Shown here: positions 16,914-26,800 of the stretch, piece by piece
Numbering within the stretch: position 1 is the first letter of the stretch
Layout of the letters: each line of letters opens with the position of its first letter
IMG/VR virus record: IMGVR_UViG_3300043478_000034
Length of the DNA stretch: 64,000 bases
Reading direction: 5' to 3' (one strand)
Source of the DNA: a virus
Made by a program: the position numbers and the translations under genes
Notes under the pieces: model-generated
Told to the model about the DNA's origin: nothing
The model's database searches: none
Seen by the model: only the letters and a program-made list of their open reading frames with translations

Positions 16914-19262
16914 ATGACCGAACAAGATCGCATCGACGTCGCCGGGGGTGGCCCATATATACCCAGCGGCAATGTAGACTTCTCCCAAGGTGACCACGAC
17001 GACGACCGCGCCCGTAACATGGACGACCGCATACGTCGCAGTGAGAACTGGCTGGAGAACAACTTCTGGCCCGTATGGGAGCGCACCTGGGAATCATATA
17101 GTGGCTTTCGCAAGCCCATCGTGCTCAACGACCCAACCATGGCTGCGCCGGGGACATTGGATGGGGCATTTGCCAGTGATAGTGTCGCCATTCTACGCGC
17201 TGCCTCTAATCGCGTCCAGCGCCAGGATCGCACTGATGGCCTGCCCGTGCTGTGGAATGCCTGCCAGCGTGTGGTCGCCCGGGTCAACGCCAATGTCCCC
17301 ATCATTACGTGCAGATCCCATGACCCGGCACGCGCCGACCGCCTCTCTGCGTCGTACATGTACTTCTACGACAAGGCGCAACGTAAGTCCCGGGTAGTGA
17401 ACAAGACATTGACGTCTACCTGGATCACCGGCTGGGGTCCCAATAGCTGGGGCTGGGACGACACGACAATTAAACGTGTACGCCTAGTCCGTCCCGAGCG
17501 CATGACCGACGACATGATCACCGCTGTACTGGAGACGTACAAGCCGCAGCTAGCCACCATCATCGAAGACATTGTCACTGCCGCCGGTATCGACCCCAAT
17601 GATGAGGAAGCCATGGATGATGCATCATTGCAAGCCATCCCGGTATTGGCTCAGCAGTATGGGCATAAGGGGCGATTACGTCTCATCTATGACGAACGTG
17701 GCTACGTTGGCCCAAGCGTCAAGTACACGTTCCCCGGTGACATATTCCCCGAACCGGAGTTCGACACCCTTGCGACCTGTGCCTACGTAGGCGAGTACAT
17801 GCGTGTCGGCATCGAGTGGTTCCAAGAACTCTACGAGAGACACAAGCTCCCCGATGGCAACTACGACCCGGAGCTAGGCACCCGTATACAACGTGTCATG
17901 GATGAGAAGCCACACGGCGACGTGCGTGCAATTGGCTCCCAATCTGAGCGCCTGCGCGGCAACCTGTACAATCTCATCAAACGCTCCACCTCCAACAACC
18001 CGTCCAACGAGGGCACCTACGCCGACGACATGGAGGTACGCTGGGGCGTGCATAAAATCGAATACCCAGGCCGTGGCGGCGAGGACGCAACCGTTGAGTA
18101 TAAATGCGGCAACATCTGGCTGGGCCACTTCTACTACCCGTTTCTAATAGGTGATGGTAAAGTTGCCCGTACAGAACTACGCATCGTAGAGTCCATCCTG
18201 GGCGGCATCGGTGAATCCCCGGCCCATCACATCGTCTCCCTCGCCGACATGTATGCCCAAAGTTTCTTTCAACGCCACGATCTCATTGACGCCATTAGTA
18301 GACCCCTCCTATGGACCGATGATGCAGCCCTCTGGTCCAACCCCGAGTTCTTTACCCGTAATACGTCTGGTTTCCGGGTCGTCTACACCCGGGGCGGGGG
18401 GAAGTCGTTTGGTTTCGAACAGTCTGGCCCTGCTATTGCCAGTGCCCTATCGTCCATGAACAGTGACGAATCGGCGATGAAACTCATCCAATCCACCACC
18501 GGCGACTCCAACCTTGGCAACATGGCGGAACTTACTCCTGGTCAGAACAACACTGCCACTGGTGCCAAGATCATGGACCGTAACACCGCGATACTCTCTG
18601 GCCAGACCACGTCCATGTTTGTCCAGAAAATCGGTGAAGACTGCGAGATGATGCGCGAGTTGTTACGCAGTGAACTCAATGAGGACTTGGCACTGGATCT
18701 AGGGCAGTATCACATGCTCAGTGGGCAGTCGGCGAAGTTGCAGGAAGTTGACGAGTCAATGGTGACCATGGAACCGGAAGACTACGAGGATGATGGCGAA
18801 ATTATCATCGACTCGACCTCTATATTCCCTGATGCCAAGCAGAACAAGGTCAACGAGGCGAATCTAATATACGGGCTGGCAAAAGAAAACCCGGACAAGA
18901 TGCACATCGACGAGTGCATCAAAGACGTACTCAAAGCCATGGGTAAGGGCAAGGACATTAGCCGCATTATGATACCCCCACCGCCACCCGGTAGTCCTGA
19001 AGCCAATGCTCAAGCCAATCCCATGGAAGCTCTCAAGGGAGCACTACAGGGCAAAGGAGGCCCACCGAATGGACAAGCAAACGCTGCACCCAACCAACCT
19101 GGACCAGGGATCGGCCCAGCCAACACCAACCCAACTTCCCCTGTTCCAGCCGGGGGTGCCACCGGAAATGCCAATGGGGTACCCGCCACTAGTGTTCCAG
19201 GAACAGCCGCCCCGGAACTGGAAGGACAGCAGGCAAGTCATGGAGGTGTACCGCTTATGTAG
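16914..19262 (+). CDS. portal protein (assigned by size and position)
   Basis: 782-aa ORF immediately after terL, with an ACAAGGAG SD and a low-complexity Pro/Gly/Asn C-terminus. Confidence 0.65.
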   Translation: MTEQDRIDVAGGGPYIPSGNVDFSQGDHDDDRARNMDDRIRRSENWLENNFWPVWERTWESYSGFRKPIVLNDPTMAAPGTLDGAFASDSVAILRAASNRVQRQDRTDGLPVLWNACQRVVARVNANVPIITCRSHDPARADRLSASYMYFYDKAQRKSRVVNKTLTSTWITGWGPNSWGWDDTTIKRVRLVRPERMTDDMITAVLETYKPQLATIIEDIVTAAGIDPNDEEAMDDASLQAIPVLAQQYGHKGRLRLIYDERGYVGPSVKYTFPGDIFPEPEFDTLATCAYVGEYMRVGIEWFQELYERHKLPDGNYDPELGTRIQRVMDEKPHGDVRAIGSQSERLRGNLYNLIKRSTSNNPSNEGTYADDMEVRWGVHKIEYPGRGGEDATVEYKCGNIWLGHFYYPFLIGDGKVARTELRIVESILGGIGESPAHHIVSLADMYAQSFFQRHDLIDAISRPLLWTDDAALWSNPEFFTRNTSGFRVVYTRGGGKSFGFEQSGPAIASALSSMNSDESAMKLIQSTTGDSNLGNMAELTPGQNNTATGAKIMDRNTAILSGQTTSMFVQKIGEDCEMMRELLRSELNEDLALDLGQYHMLSGQSAKLQEVDESMVTMEPEDYEDDGEIIIDSTSIFPDAKQNKVNEANLIYGLAKENPDKMHIDECIKDVLKAMGKGKDISRIMIPPPPPGSPEANAQANPMEALKGALQGKGGPPNGQANAAPNQPGPGIGPANTNPTSPVPAGGATGNANGVPATSVPGTAAPELEGQQASHGGVPLM

Positions 19263-19458
19263 GCCGATGCTGGAAGACTACATTGCGGATAGGCGCGGTA
19301 GTGCTATCCAGGAGATGGCCACCGCCGCCACTGCTGGCAACCTTACCAAGGCCACTCTAGCTGCCGCGCAACTCAATATGCTAGACAGCTTATTAGAATC
19401 CCTGGAGATGTACATGACCCAGGAACTGGCTATACGTAGTGCGTCGGCATTTATCTAA
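19240..19458 (+). CDS. hypothetical protein
   Basis: Internal ATG of track ORF 19006..19458, preceded by GGAAGGACAGCAGGCAAGTC. It overlaps the portal 3' end by 23 nt. ATG 19267 is an alternative start. Confidence 0.4.
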   Translation: MEVYRLCRPMLEDYIADRRGSAIQEMATAATAGNLTKATLAAAQLNMLDSLLESLEMYMTQELAIRSASAFI

Positions 19459-19478
19459 ACGTGTTACAGTAAACGACT

Positions 19479-19491
19479 GTTAGTGACTAAC
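19479..19491. repeat. GTTAGTNACTAAC palindrome, copy 14/42 (centre G)
   Basis: 19 nt before ATG 19511. Confidence 0.95.
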
Positions 19492-19510
19492 AAAGGAGAA
19501 CAGAAACCAC

Positions 19511-20779
19511 ATGGCAATGCAAACATTCGGCGACCCCACCGGCACCACCACCATGGACGAAATCAAATCCATAGGCAGTGACCAGCCCAACATTATGGAG
19601 GATGCCACCGAGGAGTCCAGTAACCCAGACGCATTAGACGAGGACGGCAACCCAGTAGAGCCAGTAGAGGATGACGAGCAGGTAGACGACGAGGGCGAGG
19701 CCAAGCCTGCCGCACCCAAGCCATCCCGTACTGCTGCCCCTGACGCCGACCATCGCGCCGCCATCGCCGGCGAACTGGGCTACGACGTCGAGAACCTCAC
19801 CCCCAAGCAGGCGTCCATCATCGAGGAAGTAATCGCCACCCTAGCGGAGAGCGAGGCTACCCCAACCACTACCGCCACTGCTGAAGAGTCTCTCACCGAG
19901 ATCGAACGTGAAGTCCGCACTGCCCGTGCCAAGGCTAGTGAAACTCCCGCAACCACCCGTACCCCGCCCCCAGCTACTCGCCCACCTGCCGATGCCCGTG
20001 ATGCCGACCCCATAGTGCTAGATCCCGCATTGCACTACACCGCGGAGGCCCAACTCTACAGCGACTCCATGGACCAGCGTTTATCTGAGCCACAGCGCCG
20101 TAGAGCATTTGAAGAACTACGGGAACACCGCCGCTACGAGTTTGCCAAAGACCTTGTCTTCAATCTCAAGTCCCCCGTGGTACTCAACTACCTCAAAGAG
20201 CAGTTACTCGCTGATGTTGCACCTAAGCTGGACCAATTCGACAACCTCAACAAGAGTGCCACGCAATTCCGCAGTAGACAAGCCGCCGAACGTTCTGCTA
20301 TAGTACAGCTTGCCAAGCTGGAAAAAACAGACCCTGACATCGCCGAATTTGTCAAGCCCACCAAGGATGGCAGTTCCACGTATCAGGCTCTACTTAGGTC
20401 TAATCCAGCCATTGTAGCCAGGGTGAACCGGTTGAGTGAGAACCCGGAATATGCCGATCTCCCAGCCGACCGACGCGCCGTATTGCACGAGATTGATCGC
20501 ATCCGTCTCGCCCATGACCTAGCGCCTCGAACAGCCAAGGCCAATGCGAATGCACAGGGCCGGGTGGCCAAGGTGAAGGCCGCAGCAGCACTAGTGAAGC
20601 GGGGTACCACAGTGTCCAGCGCCGCCAAGGCCGCAGCCGCATCTATTCTTGCCAAACGTGCCGCCGGTGCAGCAGGGGGTGGTGCCACTACCTCCACTAA
20701 TGGTCAACGTCGGTTCGCCAACCCGGACGCCGAGCGCCTCCGCATTGCCGCCAACAAATCGACCAGCATCTTTGGTTAG
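19511..20779 (+). CDS. putative scaffolding protein
   Basis: 422 aa with an acidic N-terminus and an Ala/Lys-rich helical C-terminus, between portal and capsid. Start context: palindrome, AAAGGAGAACAGAAACCAC, ATG. Confidence 0.55.
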   Translation: MAMQTFGDPTGTTTMDEIKSIGSDQPNIMEDATEESSNPDALDEDGNPVEPVEDDEQVDDEGEAKPAAPKPSRTAAPDADHRAAIAGELGYDVENLTPKQASIIEEVIATLAESEATPTTTATAEESLTEIEREVRTARAKASETPATTRTPPPATRPPADARDADPIVLDPALHYTAEAQLYSDSMDQRLSEPQRRRAFEELREHRRYEFAKDLVFNLKSPVVLNYLKEQLLADVAPKLDQFDNLNKSATQFRSRQAAERSAIVQLAKLEKTDPDIAEFVKPTKDGSSTYQALLRSNPAIVARVNRLSENPEYADLPADRRAVLHEIDRIRLAHDLAPRTAKANANAQGRVAKVKAAAALVKRGTTVSSAAKAAAASILAKRAAGAAGGGATTSTNGQRRFANPDAERLRIAANKSTSIFG

Positions 20780-20787
20780 TCACTAAC
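20775..20787. repeat. GTTAGTNACTAAC palindrome, copy 15/42 (centre C)
   Basis: Contains the TAG stop of 19511..20779. Confidence 0.95.
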
Positions 20788-20857
20788 CGCTACCGCATGG
20801 CGAGTGGTGTACTAGCCCGACTATCAACTCAGTTACCCAACAGGAGTCCTCACCGCC

Positions 20858-22096
20858 ATGCCTATCTCATACGCACTGGGTAATCGCCATACCCAACAGA
20901 TGTTTGCCGCGACCGATAACGTCCGGGTCGTCGGCGTTGACGCGATGTTGATCCGCCCCGACATCGCCCCACTGACCACGCTCCTCGTGGAGGGGTTGAA
21001 AAAGTCCAGAAAAAAGGGCCAGTCCAGCACCCTCATCGAGTGGAAAGAGGATGACTGGATGACCCAGTGGGTGATTACCGCCGCTGCCGTAGCCGATGGC
21101 GTGGCAACCTCGATCACCCTCGTTGACTCTAAACCTGTCGTCCCCGGTGATGTCCTGTACTTCCCGCCTGCCAATGCCACCGTGGCCATGGGCGAACTCG
21201 TCCGTGTCACTGCCAACAACCCGGTGACCAACATCATCACTGTCACCCGTGCATTTGCGGGTACAGTGGGCGCAGCAATTGCCTCTGGTTCTGCCCTATC
21301 CATCAACGGCCCAGCACTCAACGAAGGTGCCGCCGCTCCCGATAGCAAGTCCACTATCGCGATGACCAAGCAGACCTACATGCAGCACTTCGGCAAGACC
21401 AAGCGCATTACCTTGGAACAGGCGGCATCTCAACAGTATGCATCTCCTCAAGGACTACGGGATGAACTCCAGTCCAAGATGATGAACGAGATGAAGCTGG
21501 ACTACAACCGCACCGCCTATTGGGGCAAGGCATCGCAGGACCTCAATGACGTCAACGGCGAGATGCGGACCATGGCTGGGTTGCGTAGTGAAATAGTCAC
21601 CAATGTCGTCGATGCTGGTGGACTACTCACGTACAAGGGCTTTCTCGGCTTCGTCGAGCGGGTATTCCAATACCACGACAGCGGCAGTGAACTCGGCCTC
21701 ATTTGTCCCGCCATGGTCATCAATGCCATCAACGCTTGGCAGCACCAGTTTATGATGGTTGGACCCACTGAAAAGATGTTTGGCATCAAGACGCGCATGG
21801 TGCAGACCGGCTTTGGCGACTTGCGCCTCATCCACGACAAGACGCTCGAAACCCTCACTGGGCAGACTCGCGGCTTTGGTCACATTGCCTTTGCCGTGGA
21901 CTTCGCCAATGTCGAAATCGTCTTCCTCCAGGGGAATGGCTTCTCCTATGGTGAACCCACTGTCCTGGAAGATGTCATCAAAGATGGGGCCGGTCGCATT
22001 GTTGACCAGACCCGTATGATTTGCGGACTCAAGGTGCGTCACGAAAAGAAGCACGGGGTCCTGCAAAATGTCACCGACTACACGGCACCCTGGTAG
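20858..22096 (+). CDS. major capsid protein
   Basis: 412-aa ORF after the scaffold with a CAGGAG SD. From memory it resembles the SU10/N4-type major capsid family (..IEWKEDDW..). A stem-loop follows. Confidence 0.7.
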   Translation: MPISYALGNRHTQQMFAATDNVRVVGVDAMLIRPDIAPLTTLLVEGLKKSRKKGQSSTLIEWKEDDWMTQWVITAAAVADGVATSITLVDSKPVVPGDVLYFPPANATVAMGELVRVTANNPVTNIITVTRAFAGTVGAAIASGSALSINGPALNEGAAAPDSKSTIAMTKQTYMQHFGKTKRITLEQAASQQYASPQGLRDELQSKMMNEMKLDYNRTAYWGKASQDLNDVNGEMRTMAGLRSEIVTNVVDAGGLLTYKGFLGFVERVFQYHDSGSELGLICPAMVINAINAWQHQFMMVGPTEKMFGIKTRMVQTGFGDLRLIHDKTLETLTGQTRGFGHIAFAVDFANVEIVFLQGNGFSYGEPTVLEDVIKDGAGRIVDQTRMICGLKVRHEKKHGVLQNVTDYTAPW

Positions 22097-22161
22097 CCAG
22101 TAGTCCAACAACTCGCCAGGGCTGGACAACATGGTTCTGTTCTCCCCAGCCTGGGTTGAGC

Positions 22162-22196
22162 GGGGGCAGGTGGTATATGCGGTGCCGCCTGCCCCC
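22162..22196 (+). other. stem-loop downstream of the major capsid gene
   Basis: GGGGGCAGGTGG pairs with CCGCCTGCCCCC (12 bp including one G-U). There is no U-run. The loop contains TGGTATATG. Confidence 0.35.
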
Positions 22197-22220
22197 ACCG
22201 TTGACAGCACCGCACCACCT

Positions 22221-22233
22221 GTTAGTCACTAAC
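22221..22233. repeat. GTTAGTNACTAAC palindrome, copy 16/42 (centre C)
   Basis: 25 nt before ATG 22259. Confidence 0.95.
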
Positions 22234-22258
22234 TTCACCGCAAAGGAAACCACACCGC

Positions 22259-22993
22259 ATGACCGCAACTATCCCCGATAACGTCGTGGCCGAATACCTC
22301 GCCGACCCCAGTAATGGCCTATCACTGCTCTCCATGGGCGACCCCATGATCCACCGCCCGGGCCTGCCCATCAGGGAGTACTATTGCCTGACGTACCCCG
22401 GTCTCACCAAGCAGGTACACTTTGTCAATCCCAAGCCCGTGAGCGGCAACAAGGACGCCATCATCACTGTGCAGATGCGCTTCTCCACGGTGCCCAAGAC
22501 CATTGCCCCCGGGCAGAATGTGTCACTCGGTGTGCTGCGTACCAATAATCCCCTGTGGATCAAGGCTATCAACGACTCCCGCGACGCCGAGATCGCCGAA
22601 GGTGGTGTGGCAAGTATACTCGTTGCCGAAGAAATGGTCGAGGCCACCAAGACGCACGCCCAGCGGACGGCTGATCGCATCGTCAATGAAACCACGTCAA
22701 CACTCAACCCATTGATACGTGAACAGAAAAGCCGCCTCAACGCGCAGGAAGCCGAACTCAATCGCCTACGTGCCATCGTGGCCAAGCTCTCTGCCGACAA
22801 GGCCGTGACTACTCCCAGTGACGAACTCGCCGTTGACCCCGACATCGACCTCGACGCCATGGCCAGCGGCGACGCTCTAGGTGATGCCACCGCCGAACCC
22901 ACCGACGAAGCCACCGCCAAGTTCCTCAAGCCTGCCCAACCCGATGACGATGTAATGCTGGAGGAGGCACGCAAGGCGAGGAGACGCAAGTAG
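22259..22993 (+). CDS. hypothetical virion-module protein (coiled-coil, acidic C-terminus)
   Basis: 244-aa ORF. A palindrome copy lies 25 nt upstream, followed by an AAAGGAAAC SD. Confidence 0.6.
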   Translation: MTATIPDNVVAEYLADPSNGLSLLSMGDPMIHRPGLPIREYYCLTYPGLTKQVHFVNPKPVSGNKDAIITVQMRFSTVPKTIAPGQNVSLGVLRTNNPLWIKAINDSRDAEIAEGGVASILVAEEMVEATKTHAQRTADRIVNETTSTLNPLIREQKSRLNAQEAELNRLRAIVAKLSADKAVTTPSDELAVDPDIDLDAMASGDALGDATAEPTDEATAKFLKPAQPDDDVMLEEARKARRRK

Positions 22994-23055
22994 TACAATA
23001 ACTAAGTCAACAGGTCGGCAGGCCGACACAACGCCACGACAGGGAGGTAGCCGCC

Positions 23056-23811
23056 ATGCTATATAGCGCCTATTGGAGATTCCTCGTTAACTATGACGAA
23101 TCCGCCGTTGGCGGCTACCCCCATGATTGGCAGTTTTGGTACATAGTCCTGCCGCATTTTTGCAATGAAGTCTACAACCGGCACGGCAAGGGCTACTTTA
23201 ATACCACTGCATTTAGTATCCCGATCCCCGCTGGTGACAACCGCATTGTCCTGCCACAGGATGTGCTGACTATAGAAACGCATGGTGCATTTATTACAGG
23301 TGCGCCACTGCTTGGCAATAACATCAACTGGGCCGGGTATGAGATCACGCCCAATAACGACATTCCCGCCATTGGTGCAGTGACAGAATGGAACGACCAC
23401 GCCGACTACCCCAAGCCTGCGAATGGCTACCCGTCCACGTATCGCATTGCCGCCGCGCTTATACCGGAACTGCCACCCGGGGACGACAGTGAGGGGGATT
23501 ACAAGGTTATAGTTCTCAACTGCCCCGCGACGGATGGTCTCACTCTACGCCTCAAGTACGTGCAACGTCCCCCTATACCCGCGCACCCACTAGGCGTATG
23601 GAGCGACACTAACCTATCTCTCTACATTCCCAACCAGCTTATACCTGTACTCGCACTGCTCCACCGTGCGTACATCTTTGGGGATCGCGAGGCGGGTAAC
23701 CAGGATAGTCGCTTTGACCGGCAGATGAAACGTTTCCTGGGCGCACTGGAGACATTGAATCCAATCATGGCGGCATCACCCAGCGGCCATCACATGGTGA
23801 ACTCACGCTAG
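23056..23811 (+). CDS. hypothetical virion-module protein
   Basis: 251-aa ORF with a CAGGGAGG SD. Confidence 0.6.
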   Translation: MLYSAYWRFLVNYDESAVGGYPHDWQFWYIVLPHFCNEVYNRHGKGYFNTTAFSIPIPAGDNRIVLPQDVLTIETHGAFITGAPLLGNNINWAGYEITPNNDIPAIGAVTEWNDHADYPKPANGYPSTYRIAAALIPELPPGDDSEGDYKVIVLNCPATDGLTLRLKYVQRPPIPAHPLGVWSDTNLSLYIPNQLIPVLALLHRAYIFGDREAGNQDSRFDRQMKRFLGALETLNPIMAASPSGHHMVNSR

Positions 23812-23823
23812 TTAGTCACTAAC
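23811..23823. repeat. GTTAGTNACTAAC palindrome, copy 17/42 (centre C)
   Basis: Its first G is the last base of the TAG stop of 23056..23811. 4 nt before ATG 23828. Confidence 0.95.
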
Positions 23824-23827
23824 CGCC

Positions 23828-25918
23828 ATGGCTGACTCCAAACCTCCCGCTTATATCCCGCTCATGGGCGTAGTGACCCAGGTGAATCCCAGTGCTCCGC
23901 CCCCTGCCGCCGTGCATTGCCATAACTTTCGCGTCATGCCCAGCACTGATGGGTCACTGTGGTTACGGCTATTTGGTGGCCGTAAATGGCGTGCCTCATT
24001 TGCCAGCGGCCTGTGGAAGCAATTCCACGAGTACCGCGACCCACTCTACGCCGGTTACCTCAACCAAATACGGCTCAAGATCACCGGCAACCTCATGGAG
24101 TGGTGGTCATTGTACCTAGGCAGTTGGGACGGGGCGAAGATCCTCACCATTCCCACCACCTATGGGGGTTCCTACTGCCTCACTCGCCCTGCGCCGGTGT
24201 GTAATACCAATGAAGGCATCGTCATGTACAACGGGATGGGGTTACGCGAACCCATCATAGGCTCTGGCTCATATCCCGCACTTAGCATCTGGCTTGCCGA
24301 TGTCAACCAGTTAATGTACGTTGGCCTCGACTGTTACGTCCCATTCCTTGGCCCACACCCGTATGTGACGTCCACTGCCGGGACGATGACGATACTCAAT
24401 GAGATCACTTACTACGTCGGCATACACAACGACAGGTCCTACCACTTCTCCAATGTGATCAAAGCTGGCGTCGTCACCGCAGGCACTAATGTCGGTGTAC
24501 GCTTCGACCAGCTTAACAACATACTCATGAAGAACCACGGCCCCTATGAGCAGGGGCGGCAGAAGTATGTGTTTTATGCCACCGTGGATCTACAGAACGC
24601 CGAGGTCGGCTACCTCATGATGGACCCCGCCGACCCGACCCGGCCCATCACTGCCGACATTACCGCAACGACCATCACCATACCCAACTACGTGCTGGAT
24701 GTATTCAAGGAGGCCCCCGTAGACAACTTTCCCCCACGGCCCATGCGGTGGATTGCCCCCGTCGAAGGGCGCATATACGGGGCACTAATGCCGGGTGCAG
24801 GGCTGTCGCCAACGCAACCAGACTTCTCATACATGTCGCCGACACATTACCTATCGGGCATAGTGTGGAGCGCGGCGGCATCTGACGTAAGTGAAACCTT
24901 CTTCCTGGGTGCCCCTGAGCACGCATGGCCACTGGATAACTTTCGTGCCACCCCCAATGCCGAACAGCCCATATGGGGCGCACGGTCGCCAGAGGGGAAG
25001 TCATTGCACGTAGTCACTGAGACCACCAACTTCATCGTCTTCGAAGACATTGACGAACGCCACAGTTTCACCGAGATACCCGGGCGGTACGGCATACGCA
25101 ACACCTACACCTACTGTGAGAGAACCCCGCATGGGTCAATATGGGAAACCCAAAATGGTGAGATAGTCGCACTCGGCGAGGGTGGCAATATCGACATTCT
25201 CTCGCGCCCATACCAGGATAAGCTGCGGGGCAAGGTATCACGGTTCGCCACCCATACCTTTGACCCGCCGAACATGATTGACCGCTATGAGTTGTACTTC
25301 ACTGACAATACCCTGTGGGTACATGATTTCATTACTGGTCAAGGCTACAGCGCCGATGGCGACTTCACGTCTGGCAAGACCCTGATGGACCAAGCAATGA
25401 AGCGGTACCACATGCTGGGCAACCGGGATCTATTCACCCAAGCTGGGCAGTATGACGACTCACTAGGTAGAGAGCTAGTCAAGGACGACACGGTAGGCGG
25501 GGACTTTATTGCAGTGTCACAACGCCGCACCGGGGAGTACGAATCGCACTGGATAGACTTTGGTGAACCGGGATCTATTGGTAACATTGCGGAGACACAC
25601 GTCCATGGCGATGTGCGTAACGCCAACCTCACCATCAGTGCGTGGCGCGACCACGAGGAACCATTGCCCAATACTGGCATACCCAATGTACTTACTAGTG
25701 CCATATTCTCTGCGGCCAACTACATGGTTGCGATTGGCAAGGCCCTGCTTGGCACGGTGTGTACATTGAAACTACGTATACGTCTCGTCGCGGACGCCAA
25801 TGAAACCTACTACCCAACTATGTACCAGTATGCGCGGATGTCACTGGCCAAAACCATGGTGGGTATCGTAGGCAAGATCGGCTTTGTGCTAACCAAAGGA
25901 AGGATCAGGTTACAGTAA
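23828..25918 (+). CDS. large virion structural protein (tail tube/nozzle-like by position)
   Basis: 696-aa ORF starting 4 nt after a palindrome copy. Confidence 0.6.
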   Translation: MADSKPPAYIPLMGVVTQVNPSAPPPAAVHCHNFRVMPSTDGSLWLRLFGGRKWRASFASGLWKQFHEYRDPLYAGYLNQIRLKITGNLMEWWSLYLGSWDGAKILTIPTTYGGSYCLTRPAPVCNTNEGIVMYNGMGLREPIIGSGSYPALSIWLADVNQLMYVGLDCYVPFLGPHPYVTSTAGTMTILNEITYYVGIHNDRSYHFSNVIKAGVVTAGTNVGVRFDQLNNILMKNHGPYEQGRQKYVFYATVDLQNAEVGYLMMDPADPTRPITADITATTITIPNYVLDVFKEAPVDNFPPRPMRWIAPVEGRIYGALMPGAGLSPTQPDFSYMSPTHYLSGIVWSAAASDVSETFFLGAPEHAWPLDNFRATPNAEQPIWGARSPEGKSLHVVTETTNFIVFEDIDERHSFTEIPGRYGIRNTYTYCERTPHGSIWETQNGEIVALGEGGNIDILSRPYQDKLRGKVSRFATHTFDPPNMIDRYELYFTDNTLWVHDFITGQGYSADGDFTSGKTLMDQAMKRYHMLGNRDLFTQAGQYDDSLGRELVKDDTVGGDFIAVSQRRTGEYESHWIDFGEPGSIGNIAETHVHGDVRNANLTISAWRDHEEPLPNTGIPNVLTSAIFSAANYMVAIGKALLGTVCTLKLRIRLVADANETYYPTMYQYARMSLAKTMVGIVGKIGFVLTKGRIRLQ

Positions 25919-26121
25919 TGGACCAGCTAATAATGCTCATCGTCTACATCATCCTGTTCTGCGTGGTCGCGTATGGCCTCAACTGGGTGTGCATCACCTA
26001 CAACATACCCCAACCTATACGGTGGATCGTGGGCGGGATATTACTAATCGTCATCCTGCTATTCCTCTCACGCCAGCTTGGTGTCGGCGGCGGCGGCAGT
26101 ATCCTCCCCCACCGCCCGTAG
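25918..26121 (+). CDS. small membrane protein with two predicted TM helices (holin-like?)
   Basis: 67 aa: LIMLIVYIILFCVVAYGL... and WIVGGILLIVILLFL. Its ATG overlaps the upstream TAA. Confidence 0.5.
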   Translation: MDQLIMLIVYIILFCVVAYGLNWVCITYNIPQPIRWIVGGILLIVILLFLSRQLGVGGGGSILPHRP

Positions 26122-26133
26122 TTAGTTACTAAC
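26121..26133. repeat. GTTAGTNACTAAC palindrome, copy 18/42 (centre T)
   Basis: Its first G is the last base of the TAG stop of 25918..26121. 1 nt before ATG 26135. Confidence 0.95.
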
Positions 26134-26134
26134 A

Positions 26135-26800
26135 ATGGCCATTGAGCGTGGGTATAGACGCAGCACACGCGGTGAGGTGGAGCGCCATCTTGCCGAACTC
26201 GACCGTGCCTCGCGTCTCTCCCGCATTGCTCCCAGTGAACCGCGTGAAGTAATGGCCAATGGCACCATTTTAAGTTGGCTACCTCCACATGCAACCGATG
26301 GCGGTAAGTACACCCATTACCGGGTCTATGCTCCAGGTGACGCCGATAACAAACTAGTACGGCAAGTATCATTCGACCAGCTGTACATCAACGACGGCCT
26401 CACTGGCGATAGTGTATTTGTCTCGACCTATAACGGCACTACTGGGGCGGAATCCCACCGTGTCGCCATGAAGGGCGAGTTAAAGAAAGCCGACGATGGC
26501 ACTGGTGGTCCCGGGACCGGGGTACTGGGGTTTGGCTTTGTCTACCAACTTACCCTCACTGGTGCCGGTGCCACCCTTGTCGAATACGCCGCGCCTGCCA
26601 AAGACGGCCTATTCCTCACTGTCGATATCCTCATGCCCAACAACAACATACCCAAAGAAGTAGACTGGGGCGGGATGTTTGATAAAGACACGCCTGTTAC
26701 AATCAACGACAAGGCTCTCGCCCGGAATCTATTCTTTTTTACAGCCATAGGTGGAAGATGGACAATGCTATCGTATCGCGGCTACATGCCTACGCCATAG
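26135..26800 (+). CDS. hypothetical virion-module protein
   Basis: 221-aa ORF. The ATG lies 1 nt after a palindrome copy. Confidence 0.6.
   Translation: MAIERGYRRSTRGEVERHLAELDRASRLSRIAPSEPREVMANGTILSWLPPHATDGGKYTHYRVYAPGDADNKLVRQVSFDQLYINDGLTGDSVFVSTYNGTTGAESHRVAMKGELKKADDGTGGPGTGVLGFGFVYQLTLTGAGATLVEYAAPAKDGLFLTVDILMPNNNIPKEVDWGGMFDKDTPVTINDKALARNLFFFTAIGGRWTMLSYRGYMPTP

Noticed and set aside
22201-22233. TTGACA at 22201 followed 16 nt later by TAGTCA (inside a palindrome copy), taken as a promoter.
   Set aside because: The -10 candidate matches the consensus at only two positions.
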